DNA from: Octopus sinensis
Taxonomy: Eukaryota
Direction: 5' to 3'
Length of the DNA: 64,000 bases
Assembly: GCF_006345805.1 (NCBI RefSeq)
Contig: NC_043010.1
Span: 50,964,001-51,028,000 of the forward strand
Below, piece by piece: positions 12,481-24,449 of the stretch. The notes under the pieces are model-generated. The model worked only from the letters and a program-made list of their open reading frames with translations, searched no databases and had not been told where the DNA came from. Every line of letters starts with the position of its first letter. Positions within the stretch are counted from its first letter, which is position 1. The position numbers and the translations under genes were made by a program.

Positions 12481-12930
12481 TATATACACACACACACATA
12501 TATACACACACACATATACACACACACACACACACATATATACACACACACATACGTACACATATATACACATGTATGCACACACATACAGATCTACACA
12601 CATACATCTATACACACACACACATATGCATACACATATGCACACACATACATCTATACACACACACATATGCATACACATATACTCACGCATACATCTA
12701 TGTACACATGCATATACTCACATATACATCCATGCACACATATGCATACACACACACATATCTCTATACACATACTCACACATACATCTATTGCACACAC
12801 ACATGTATACACACATATATATATATGTGAGCTTTAAACAACGATTAGACACAGCTTCTTTCTCTCTCTCATTTAAGCCTATTCATACACAGAACCACAC
12901 ACACACACACACACACACACTCAATCATAT
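12425..12930. repeat. Compound (CA)/(CATA) microsatellite
   Basis: Directly visible; source of several spurious ORFs. Confidence 0.95.
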
Positions 12931-13230
12931 ACAGACTCAAAACAGACTAAACTACTTCAGGTCTTAGTAATAATATAGGCTGCTATGAAGCTTGCATGCA
13001 TACACACACACACACACATCAAATCACTTGAGGTTCTTGTAATAAACATACGCTGTTATTGTATGCTCTCTGTACGCAATTTATATTATGGTTTTAGAAA
13101 ATACACACACACGCACCTTGCCAATAAATATAAAATATAAAACAAACCACAGAAACTAATTAACTAGAAGCATATACATGTCTTTATAATCAGCAATTGA
13201 TACATTATTAATTTTATTAATAAAAGGAAT

Positions 13231-13665
13231 AATAACAACTAGCTAGAAATAACAGCCAAATAACCCTCAAATCACACCCTATTATCAACAGCAAATAACA
13301 ACTTGCTAGAAACAAGAGTCAAATTGCCCTCAGATCGCACCTTGTTAACAACAACAACGATAACAACTTGCTAGAAACACCAATGAAACCACCCTCAGAT
13401 CACATCCTCTAAACAACAGCAATAATAACTTGCTGGAAATAACAGCCAATAACCCTCAAATCACATCCTATTATCAACAGCAAATAACAACTTGCTAGAA
13501 ACAAGAGTCAAATTGCCCTCAGATCACACCTTGGTAACAACAGTAATGATAACAACTTGCTAGAAACACCAATGAAACCACCCTCAGATCACATCCTCTA
13601 AACAACAGCAATAATAACTTGCTAGAAATAACAGCCAAATCATCCTCAGATCACAGCCTACAATC
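13231..13665. repeat. Minisatellite of about 60-65-bp units with trimeric higher-order structure
   Basis: Seven units starting ataacaacttgctagaaa, arranged A-B-C-A'-B'-C'-A''. Confidence 0.85.
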
Positions 13666-13824
13666 TTAAGATGGAGTGTTCATGGCCAGAAAAATCATTG
13701 ATCATAGGCCTGTTCAATTAGAGCTGATCTGGGACCACACAGCGAGGAAAACCAAAGTAAATTGACAACAGGTTCAAATAAGAACTAATTTGATATGATT
13801 ATTGAAACCGGATTTTTTGAGCAG

Positions 13825-14125
13825 CAGCAGTAGTAGTGGTGGTGGTGGTGATGGTACAGTGTTGTAGTAATGGTAGTAGTGATTGTGTGTGTATAATAGT
13901 GGTGACAGTTGCAAAGGTAGTTTGGTGATAGTAGTTGTAGTAGTGGTGGTGGTGGTGTGTTGTAGTAGTTGTGTAAAGTAATGGTAGTGTGTGGTGTGGT
14001 TGCGTGTCATCGTAATGGTGGCAGTGGTTATTCAGTGTTATAGAAGTAGTGATAGTTGCAGAAATTAGTTAGTGGTAGTTGTGACAGTAGTAGTAGTAGC
14101 AGCAACAGCTATGGTGGTGGTGATG
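13825..14125. repeat. Degenerate (GTA/GGT)n trinucleotide tract
   Basis: Directly visible low-complexity sequence. Confidence 0.85.
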
Positions 14126-14199
14126 AGTATAGCCCATCTAAAAGGCTTCCATACAGTTTCCATCAACTCAACTTTACTCACAAGACTTAGGTTAATTTG

Positions 14200-14860
14200 A
14201 GGTCGTGGCCTATGCCAGGGGTGTAACCAGCCCACTTATGCGTACCTTTTCCTTCTTTGGACACTGAACTCTGCTTGCGAAGACCTATTGAAGCAAGTGT
14301 AATTGAAATCAAATTCGATGACTGGCATCCGTGCTAGCGGGTTGCAAAGAGCACCATACAAGCGTGATCGTTGACAGCAGCTAACCGGCTTCCGTGCCAG
14401 TGGGACATAAAAGGTACCATTTGAGTGTGATCATTACCAGCGTTGCCTTACTGGCACTTGTGCCCCGTGCTCGTAGGCTGCTAAAAGCACCATCCAAGCG
14501 TGATCGTTGCCAGAGTGGCTAACCAGCTTCTGTGCCGGTGGCACATAAAAGGCACCATTCGAGTGTGATCATTACCAGCGTCACCTTACTGGCACCTGTG
14601 CCGGTGGCATGTGTAAAAAGATTTGAGCGAGGTCATTGCCAGTACCGCCTGACTGGCCCACATGCCAGTGGCACATAAAAAGCACCCACTACACTCTCAG
14701 AGTGGTTGGCATTAGGAAGGGCATCTAGTTGTAGAAACTCTGCCAGATCAAGATTGGAGCTTGGTGCAGCCATCTGGTTTGCCAGCCCTCTGTCAAATCG
14801 CTCAACCCATGCTAGCATGGAAAGCAGACGTTAAACAATGATGATGATGAGGAGGAGGAC
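14200..14860 (+). mobile_element. RTE-type LINE 3' UTR fragment (5'-truncated) with modular internal repeats
   Basis: Ends catgctagcatggaaagcagacgttaaacaatgatgatg, the same tail that follows the RTE ORF2 remnant at 53072-53434. Confidence 0.7.
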
Positions 14861-15207
14861 TAGAAACTTGATCAAGGTACTGTGCAGTGGGATTGAACCT
14901 GAAGCTAAGGGATTGCAAAGCAAATATCGTAAACTGCACAGACATGTTTGTCACTAATATAATTTGAGATTTTGATGATGTTATTGTTTATGTTCAGAAT
15001 GACTTGTCTTCCACAGGTACAGGCTTGTCCTTTCAGGTGCTGGTACCACATAAAAAGCACCTGTGTCAGTACTGTGTAAACAGCAGCTTTGCTGGTGGCA
15101 TGTATATATATATAACGGGAAGGTTTACGAAAATAAACAAAAGACGAAGGCAGGTGGAGTACAAACAAATGTATTAGTATGGCGCTCAGGAATAGAAATA
15201 GAACAAG

Positions 15208-15245
15208 TCTTTTACGTTTCGAGCCTACGCTCTTCGACAGAAAGA
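15208..15245 (-). ncRNA. Degenerate minimal hammerhead-like motif
   Basis: Minus strand TCTTT-CTGTCGA-A-GAGC(GTAG)GCTC-GAAA-CG-TA-AAAGA; core position A6 substituted and one extra A before stem II. Confidence 0.45.
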
Positions 15246-15782
15246 TACACAGAAAAAAACAAGGAGAGAAAAAAAATGCGTGTAGGAGCTAACGATCTAT
15301 CACGGCGTCCTGACTTCGGACAGTGGTCAGGGGAGATAACAGGGTCAAGTGACTTCCAATAGATATACGATGGGCTTCTTTCAGTTTCCGTCTATGAAAT
15401 CCACTCACAAGGCTTTGGTCGGCCCGAGACTATAGTAGAAGACACTTGCACAAGGTGCCACGCAGTGGGACTGAACCTGGAACCATGTGGTTCATAAGCA
15501 AGCTACTTACCACACAGCCACTCCTACACCTAAATACGCCTGAATCTTATTGGATTCTCATCAAGGTCATCAATGTCAATTTGACCAATCCTAGAGAAAG
15601 AAGCAGCCTATCTGTTTCTATACTCAACAGTTATGGCAGCTACAGAAAACTGGTGTTATTAATTTGCATAGTGTAAGTGTTAACACTTTATCTTAGATAT
15701 CAGAAAACTGTCAGAGGTCTGTCAATGGGGATCTCAGCCCATACAGTACCAAGGTGTGATATTATTTATGTAATAACTAGAG

Positions 15783-16430
15783 ACCGAGACCTCTGGAAGT
15801 GTGCTGTGCGCGAGAAGACCCGGCAGGACAAGTGATTCCATAACCCGTGGCCTTCTACATGGGATGGAGCCAGCCTACGTATGCATACCTTCCCTTCTTG
15901 GGACACAAAACTCTACTTGTGAAGACCTGTTGAGGCAAGTGAGGATCAGAATCGAAATCGATCAATGGAAATTGCAGATGTGTTACCAGTGCCGGTGGCA
16001 TGTCGAAACTCTACTTGTGAAGACCCGTTGAGGCAAGTGAGGATCAGAATCGAAATCGATCAATGGAAATTGCAGATGTGTTACCAGTGCTGGTGGCATG
16101 TAAAAGAACCTTCCGTTTCGCGACCGTTGCCAGCACCGCCCTGTTTCGTGTCCGTTGCCAGCCTCGCCTGGCCCTCGTGCCGGTGGCACATAAAAAGCAC
16201 CATCCATTCGTGGCCGTTTGCCCGCTCTGTCTGGCACCTGTGCGGGTGGCACGTAAAAAGCACCCACTACACCCACGGAGTGGTTGGCGTTAGGAAGGGC
16301 ATCCAGCCGTAGAAACACTGCCAGATTTGACTGGGCCTGATGAAGCCTTCTGGCTTCACAGACCCCAGTAGAACCGTCCAACCCATGCTAGCATGGAAAG
16401 CGGACGCTAAACGATGATGATGATGATGAT
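15783..16430 (+). mobile_element. RTE-type LINE 3' end, CpG-intact, with internal 98-bp tandem duplication
   Basis: Same tail family ending (GAT)n; aaactctacttgtgaagacc...ggtggcatgt occurs twice (about 15908 and 16006). Confidence 0.75.
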
Positions 16431-16799
16431 GTAACTTATAAAGTACCTTTATAGACTGGGATAATTTAGCTGTAAACCAGCTGTTTCAATAGTTTATGGA
16501 AATTTGTAGATTTACAGAGCCAGCCAACCTCATTTAAGGTGCAGAAATAAAAAGATGTGAATTCATAATTATTGTAAGAACTTTTTTTTTGCTTTTGTAG
16601 GTCTTTAGTGCAGGATATGTAATTCTTCTTCAACTCAGGTAGTTTATCTCCTGGCGATATTAACTGAGTTAAGCTGGTGTCCTATTCAAGGGATGATTGA
16701 TCTTGTTAGCTTAGAGCCATGGAATAAGAGAAACGTGTACGCTCAACACTATAGATGAACAGATTTAGAGAAGTTGAGGTAATAAGAGAAATAAGTGAA

Positions 16800-17190
16800 C
16801 AAGAAAGCATAAGAAATGAGAAAAGAGAAGAGGTAGAGAGAGAGAGAGAGAGAGAGAACAAAGAGAAGAGGTAGAGAGAGAGAGAGAGAGAGAACAAAGA
16901 GAAGAGATAGAGAACAAAGAGAAGAGGTAGAGAGAGAGAGAGAGAACAAAGAGAAGAGGTAGAGAGAGAGAGAGAACAAAGAGAAGAGGTAGAGAGAGAG
17001 AGAACAAAGAGAAGAGGTAGAGAGAGAAAACAAAGAGGTAGAGAGAGAAAATAGAGATAGAGAGAGAGAAGTAAAGACAGAACAAAGAGAAGAGGTGAAG
17101 AAAGAGAGAAATGAAAAAAGAGAAGAGGTAGAGAGAGGAAAGGAAAGAGAGAGAGAGATGGAGAAAAATGAGGAAGAGAAAAGGAAGAGT
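16800..17190. repeat. Purine-rich minisatellite (gagaagaggtag(ag)n aacaaa)
   Basis: Directly visible. Confidence 0.9.
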
Positions 17191-17268
17191 GACAGATTTG
17201 TACACAGAAGTAAATCGGGGGAGGAGGAAGTTGCTTGTATTTAGATTTGAAACCTTGATACATTTCAG

Positions 17269-17508
17269 AAACATTAATTATTTAAATGAAAAGTTCTTCT
17301 GGAAAGATAACGGATTCATCCACCTGTCAGAAATTTGCCACGTGTGGGTGATAACAAAATCATATCAGTGGTATGCCACCCTGGTGGCCAACAGGGATTA
17401 CATAAAACATCACAGCCAGAAATATGAGTTTTGCATCCTGTGTGAAGATTCTCTTAACCAAAATATAAACAGCTTTACAGCTGATCTGAAAGAAGATAAA
17501 GCTGAGAT
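17269..17508 (+). CDS. Candidate exon of an unidentified plus-strand gene
   Basis: catttcag|A acceptor, about 80 stop-free codons in AT-rich unique DNA (NINYLNEKFFWKDNGFIHLSEICHVW...EDKAE), GTATGA donor at 17509. No recognisable homology. Confidence 0.3.
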
Positions 17509-17524
17509 GTATGATGGACCCATA

Positions 17525-17915
17525 CACTTTTACTTGTTTCAGTCATTTGACTGCGGCCATGCTGGAGCACCACCTTTTAATCGAGCAACTCGACCCCGGG
17601 ACTTATTCTTTTGTAAGCCCAGTACTTATTTTATCGGTCTCTTTTGCCGAACCGCTAAGTAACGGGGACATAAACTCACCAGCATTGATTGTCAAGCAAT
17701 GCTAGGGGGACAAATACAGACACACACACGCATATATATATATACATATATACGACGGGCTTCTTTCAGTTTCCGTCTACCAAATCCACTCACAAGGCTT
17801 TGGTCAGCCCGAGGCTATAGTAGAAGACACTAGCCCAAGGTGCCACGCAGTGGGACTGAACCCGGAACCATGTGGTTGGTAAACAAGCTACTTACCACAC
17901 AGCCACTCCTGCGCC
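17525..17915 (-). mobile_element. SINE family 1, full length
   Basis: Reverse complement of 9430-9830. Confidence 0.85.
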
Positions 17916-17964
17916 ATAATGTAGTTTATTTATAAATTTATGGTTTCATATTTTATTCCAGTAT

Positions 17965-18267
17965 GTTTGTTCCTTCTCGAGCCATGCCTGGCTCATAGGG
18001 CCAGTTTGCCGGTTTCCATGGCATATAGGTTCCCCACCTGGACGGGACGCCGGTCCGTCGCAGGTGAGCTGCAAGATACAGGAGGAAAGAGTGAGAGAAA
18101 GTTGTGGCGAAAGAGTCAGCAGAGGTTTGCCATTACCTTCTGCCGGAGCCACGTGGAGCTTAGGTGTTTTCGCTCATAAACACACATATCACCCAGTCTG
18201 AGATTCGAACCCATGATCCCTCGACCATGAGTCTGCTGCTCTAACCACTTGGCCATGTACTTCCACT
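17965..18267 (-). mobile_element. tRNA-derived SINE with V-domain-like centre
   Basis: Minus strand has a tRNA-like head (gggttcgaatctc) and cctgcgacggaccggcgtcccgtccaggtgggg, resembling the V-SINE domain. Confidence 0.75.
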
Positions 18268-18822
18268 TATTTCAGTATACTAACACAATATTGTATTACA
18301 TTCATAAAATCCTACATTCTCAGCAAAACCACTTTACTATATCTTTCAGTAACTGTATAATGAAATATAGTTTGTGGAAAAACAAACTTAGAATATTTGT
18401 AAAGGTGGGGTACATCTTAAGTAGAGTGCACCTTATACACTGGCACTTACGATATATCTAATTAGATTTTTTTTTTTATGCTGACTACATTAAAGGTAAA
18501 CACTAATTTAGTTTTCTTAACCACAGTAATATAAGCTTGTAGTTGTTTAGCTACAGGTCAGCTTAGGTCAAACAGGTTTTTACAGACAGTTTACATTGGA
18601 CAATGCTAAAAGAAGTGAAGGAAACATCATAATAAACTATAAGATTGGATTTGAGAAATATTTGGCTGCTGTTTTTAGTAGGTTGAATAACCATATAGAG
18701 GCTCCTTCATTGGCTCAGTGTTTTAATATGTTGCACAGATATAAGGAAATCTGAAAAGAAAAGGGAATAAGAAGGAAGGAATATAATATTCAAACCTTTG
18801 AAACTGCAAGTATGCTTTAACA

Positions 18823-19171
18823 CAGGGATTCTCAACCATTTTATGCCTTTGGCCCCTTTAATTCCTGTTTTACTCAAATGGAGTGCCACAGTCATTCACT
18901 ATACATACCATTGTTGTTTAACTTCCACTTTCCATGCTGGCATGGGTTGGACGGTTTGACATGGAGCAGACTCCAGTTGTCTGTTGTGGTATGGTTTCTG
19001 TGATTGGATTCCCTTCCCAACGCCAAATATATCTTACTGCATTTTTGTAATTAAATATTATTAGGAATTGTATAAAATGCATAACCAGCTTATTGCACAT
19101 AAATTTTAGCAAAATCTTACATGGACCCCTAAGGGGGTCATGGGTTAGTGGACCCCACTTGAGAACTACTG
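18823..19171. mobile_element. hAT-like MITE
   Basis: cagggattctcaac ... cttgagaactactg termini with exact 8-bp TSD CTTTAACA; carries an RTE-tail fragment inside. Confidence 0.8.
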
Positions 19172-19405
19172 CTTTAACAGGTGCAGTTTTGTTTGATTAC
19201 ATCCCTGGAAGCTGCAGATATAGGTGAGCATATAATTTTGTGCTTATGATTGAAAATAATGATATTTTTGCCAATTAGCAAACCATAAACACAATACTGT
19301 GTAGCTTTTGTATCTTCCAGGGATACTATCAATCAAAATTGTACCCTCTGAACTATATTCTCATCACAAGGTCGTCCTTGCTGTATGGCAGATTGTGTAC
19401 CTTAA

Positions 19406-19644
19406 AAAAAGGTACAAAAAAAAAAAAAAGCGGCAAGCTGGTAGAAATGTTAGCACACCAGGCGAAATGCTTAGTGGTATTTTGTCTGTCTTTACATTCT
19501 GAGTTCAAATTCTGCCAAGGTCAACTTTGCCTTTCATTAATTAATTACCAGTTACGCAGTGGGATCGATGTGATCGACTTAATCCCTTTGTCTGTCCTTG
19601 TTTATCCCCCCTATGTTTAGCCCCTTGTGGGCAATAAAGAAAAA
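19406..19644 (+). mobile_element. SINE family 2 (Meta-domain-like) flanked by a 16-bp TSD
   Basis: AGATTGTGTACCTTAA at 19390-19405 and 19645-19660. Confidence 0.8.
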
Positions 19645-19879
19645 AGATTGTGTACCTTAATGACAACAAAAGCTATGCCAACAAAGCAAAAGCTTCTGGC
19701 AGGGCTTCCCAAGTGGGACAGGGCAAAGGATAGAGGCCAGACTAATATGGACCACCTCTACCCAGAGATAAAAATGGGTTTGTGTAAGGCCAATACCACT
19801 ACCCAGAAAAAAAAAATAAAGAAGCATCGATGACAATTCAAAACCAACAAGATCTGGGAGAAGAAGGCCTTTTCCCCAG

Positions 19880-20090
19880 GGAAACATATGACATGCCAGG
19901 CCCTGACCTGGAACACCTGAGTGAGGCAGAAGAGAGGACTCTCTAGAAATCAGCTGGAGGCAGGATACTGAAGCAGAGCGGAAAAAAATAGAAATTCAGC
20001 TGGAAAGAAGCAAAAAGACATTTCTGAGTTGAGGACAGTGGAGAAAAGTTATCAATAGCCTATGCTCCATAAGGCATGAAGTGCTGAAAC
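19880..20090 (+). mobile_element. Degenerate RTE-like LINE ORF2 C-terminal fragment
   Basis: Decayed ALTWxP..R.RG....W and QWRKVINSLCSIRHE ending resemble RTE C-termini. Confidence 0.45.
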
Positions 20091-20689
20091 AAAGGAAAAC
20101 AAAGCAGATTTTAGGGTTCAAAGGAGATAAAGAGTGTAATACCAAACCAGATGGATTTTTTAAAAAATGGTATTTTGTTTATACAGATAGGTGTGTCTAT
20201 AAACACATACACAAACACACATAGTCAAGATGGAGCAAAGAGGAGAAAGATGGGCGGGGAAACGAAAAAAGACAAAGACAGACAGGAAACTTAAAATCAC
20301 TTAAAAAGAAAAAGTGTGAGAAAAAGTGAGCTAAAGAGAAGCGAAATGAAAAGAGAAAATAAAAAGATTCATGTAGCATACAAATAATAGAGAAGAAAAC
20401 GAAAAGCAGATAAGAAAAGAAGTACAAAGCAGAAAAACCTGAGATAAAAGAGATTTTTTTTATGTTAAGGAAGAGAGAATAAAAGGAGATAACGAGAAAG
20501 ACAAAATAGAGGATGATTCATAGAAGGAGTGTTATGTTACTAGACAACAAACAAAGGCACTTGAACCTAATGGAAAACAGTAAATTATGTTAACTATTGA
20601 GATAGGATTGTTAATAAATAAATATAAAGAAGTAATTGTGTTTTTATACATTGATTATAAATTCATATCCAACATATATATATACTATA

Positions 20690-21125
20690 TGTGGAGGCGC
20701 GTGGCTTAGTGGTTAGGGTGTTAGCATCATGCTCGTAACATTGTGGTTTCGATTCCTGGACCAGGCTGTAACGCTGCGATGGACTGGCGAACATATACGC
20801 CATTGAAACCATTGTTTCCCCGCCCATTGAAAAAGGACGCATATCGCTCACAAATCAATGGAAATTGTAGTTGTGATACCGGTGCAGGTGGCACGTAAAA
20901 AAACCATCCGAACGTGGCCATTGCCAGCGCCGCCCTGACTGGCCTCGCCTAGCACGTAAAAAGCACCCACTACACTCACGGAGTGGTTGGCGTTAGGAAG
21001 GGCATCCAGCTGTAGAAACACTGCCAGATCAGACTGGGCCCGGTGCAGCCTCCTGGCTTCCCAGACCCCAGTCGAACCGTCCAACGCATGCTAGCATGGA
21101 AAGCGGACGTTAAACGATGACGACA
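20690..21125 (+). mobile_element. Chimeric SINE head/V-like fragment joined to an RTE 3' tail
   Basis: tRNA head and ctgcgatggactggcg at 20690-20790, then the RTE tail from about 20850 ending cgttaaacgatgacgac. Confidence 0.6.
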
Positions 21126-21618
21126 TATATATATATGTAGGCATGGGTGTGTGGTTTAGAAACTCGCATTGTAACCACATGAGTTCAGGATCAATGCCAC
21201 AGCACAGCACATTGGGCAAGTGTTGTCTATTATAGACAACACTATTATGGACCAACCAATGCCTTGCGAGTGAATTTGGTAAATTGAAACTGTATGTAAG
21301 TCCATATGCATGCATGTGTGCATACATGCGCATGCTATTTCAAGTTGTCCTTTTACAAGTCATATGACAGAAGAACCGAACTGAAACAAGTACTGATCAA
21401 TTAAAATCTCTGCTTCAGCATTGGTCACTGACCAGTGAGTGACTAAACCGGTAAAATATTTACGCAAATGCATGCATGTGTGTGTATGAGAAAAAGAGTG
21501 TGGATGGATGGACGGCGCTAGCTAAATAGCTAAGTGCATATTTGTGCAAAAGACTTGAATAGTGTGTTGTACTAGCATCCAGTAGCCAAAATAAATAATT
21601 TTTTTAAAAATCGGTTTA

Positions 21619-21826
21619 CAGTAATCGTTCAACTGTCGAGGTTTATTGTTCAAGCTTACGTCGATTCCTCCGTGGTGTTGTTTTGCATTATAATAAAATA
21701 AATATATACAAATTATAAAAATTAAAAAAATAAAAAATACAGTACAGTAATGTTTCTATTTCACGGATTTTCACCTATCGCGGGGTTTTTTGGAACGTAA
21801 CACCCGCGATAGTCGAGGGGTTACTG
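21619..21826. mobile_element. pogo/Tigger-like MITE remnant
   Basis: Right end cccgcgatagtcgaggggttactg-TA; degenerate left end TA-cagtaatcgttcaactgtcgagg. Confidence 0.55.
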
Positions 21827-23381
21827 TATATGAAAATTATTAACTGTTAAGAGTATCACATAGTTTTTTTCCTGAGAGCCTCAGGTGACATAGATCGTTG
21901 GAAATTTACACGAGAAACCTTTCAATGGACTTTGTAATCAGGCGGTATCGCACGATTGTCACCGATTTTTGAAGCAAGAAGGTCAATGACTCACTAAGGT
22001 CACGTGTTTACCATTCCGATTTTAAACCAAAACAATCACCATGGCAACTGTTATACACAATTGAATTACATAATTTGTGGCTGTGATTATTAGGTGCCGA
22101 GTCTCACCTGGTTGAGTAAGACCAATCATCAAAGGTGTTAAAAGCCATTATCATCTTGTTTTTTCTAGCACTGCGTATTAATCTGTTCAATGCTTAGATT
22201 TTCTTTCTTTTCTTTATTTAAGATGTTAGAACAGGCATGGGCAACCTTTGAAGAGAAGCGAGCAGCAGAAGACATGGTTCAACATCAAACGGGCCGCATT
22301 ACAAAAATTTTTTTTAAATTATCCAAGGTAATTTTTCGTTAGACATGTCATACAGAAAGTCCAACAGGCCGCAGGTTTCTCATGACTGTGCTAGGGTGTA
22401 CAATGGAGTTTCTTATAACGAGGCCCATATCTCACGGGAAAAGAAAAGGGTAATTTATTTTCCGGATCTTTTCCTTTTGAACGGCAGTTTTCAACACAAT
22501 TTCTAGTTAACTAAACACTACGATCCTGATAGAATTTAATTTCCAAACATTTCAGGTTTATTTTTTACATTCATCTCCGACATTTCTATACTTTCCTTTC
22601 CAATAAAGTAAATGACTTAAAATTCGAAACTTCGCAGGGTATATTTTGAAGGAGATTTGGTTGTTATTTCTAGCTAGCCGAGTAGTCGTGCAGAGAGAGC
22701 CCCCTGCGTTGGCTTGTTTGCTCCATGGTAAACAGTATAGTTAAAAAAAAAAACTCGCTTGATGATTATCCATTATTACATTCAACATGTAACTAAATCA
22801 AGGTTGATTAACGCCAAGTCGACCTCGACAGACATTCCAACCACGACCATCAAATGATTTTAGGACTACGTCGAACATTATGCAACACGTCCTTTCTTTT
22901 ATCCAAATGTTCGAGTGTGATTTGAGGTAGGTTTGGCTTCTAGTTCTAACACGTCGAGAGCTCACATAGAGCTCTTTATAAAGAAAATGAAATATTTCCA
23001 CCGACATTATACAAAAGATCAACGAAGAGAAGAAAACCCAACGAGTATTTAGAGATATAAATAAAATGGATCAATAAAGTATCAGACAAAATGACTAATG
23101 ATATCCCTCCCGATTCATTACGTCCTGAGTTCAAATTCTGCTGGGGTTGATAAAATAAGTACCAATTGAGTACTGGGATCGATATAATTGACAAGCCCCT
23201 TCCCACCAAATTTCAGGCCTTGTGCCCATAGTAGAAAGAAATATAGGAAATAAAATTGCTCAGCTTGCTTATGGGTTCAGTCCCATTGCGTGGCACCTTG
23301 GGCAAGTATCTTCTACAATAGCCTCGGGCCGACCAAAGCCTTGTGAGCGGATTTGGTAGACGGAAACTGAAAGAAGCCCGT

Positions 23382-23416
<35 letters not shown>

Positions 23417-24228
23417 CTGTGTTTCCCTCCCCCCCTCAACATCGCTGGTATGTTTACGTCTCCGTAACTTAGCGGTTCGGCAAGAGAGACCGATAGAATA
23501 AGTGCTAGGCTTACAAAGAATAAGTCCTGGGTTCGATTTGCTCGACTAAAGGCAGTGATCCAGCATGGCCGCCGCAGTCAAATGACTGAAACAAATACAA
23601 GAATTATAGAATATGTTGGTATTCACATGAAGGAATAGAATCTATCACCAGAGACAGTCAACCAAAATAGGAATTTCATAAATACAAACACAGTAATTAC
23701 TAAGTTCCTATGGTCTCATGCTAAGATACAAAAAATCGAAGCGGATGAGCGGCACATCCAAAAAACTTTTCAATTACTTGAATGTGAATGGAAATACCAC
23801 AAAGACACACATACAAGCATTGCCGCTGATCAAGTATTTGAAAAGATTATGATTTGCTATAAACGAACAATATGGTCTGTAATTGTTTATTTCATGAGTT
23901 TGCCATTCCACAATACAAAATTATGTTGATTTGCCGCAAATTATGATGGTAAAGCTTTGGCCAAAATTTTCCTTCGTTGCTATAACAATATCTTCTTTGT
24001 TTGTTTGAAATAATTCTTATTGCCAGAACATTGTGGCAGAATCGTTACCGCGCCTGACAAAATGCTGACCGTTCTGAGTTCAAATGCTGCCGAGGTCGAC
24101 GAGGTCTTTCATCTTTCCGAAATCGATGAAATAAAGTATCGATTAGCTCCCTCTCTTTAAATTCCAGGCCTTTTGCCCATTGGAGAAAGAATTATTAAGG
24201 CGCTGTGCCTATACCAGAATGGCTTATA

Positions 24229-24449
24229 GGTACTGCTTAAGAAGAGTGATCCCAGTGCGCGCACTCGCGCATCCGCGCTAGCTAGTCGTGACTAGTCGAT
24301 CCTACAACGACTACCTAGCAAAGTAAATAAAACAAAAAGTAAATAATTTTTTTAAAGTAAATAAAACAAAAACACAAAACTAAGGATCGACTAGTCAAGA
24401 CTAGCTTGCGCAAGTGCGCACATCGGGACCACTCTTCTTAAGTAGTACC
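24229..24449. mobile_element. Fold-back MITE with long TIRs (GGTAC termini)
   Basis: ggtactgcttaagaagagtg...gactagtcgatcct / aggatcgactagtc...cactcttcttaagtagtacc; GGCTTAT on both flanks. Confidence 0.85.

Noticed and set aside
12387-12967. Multiple His/Thr- or Cys/Val-rich ORFs
   Set aside because: (CA)n/(TG)n microsatellite translations.
16706-17274. Overlapping 94-185-aa Leu/Ser/Phe-rich ORFs
   Set aside because: Reverse strand of a GA minisatellite.
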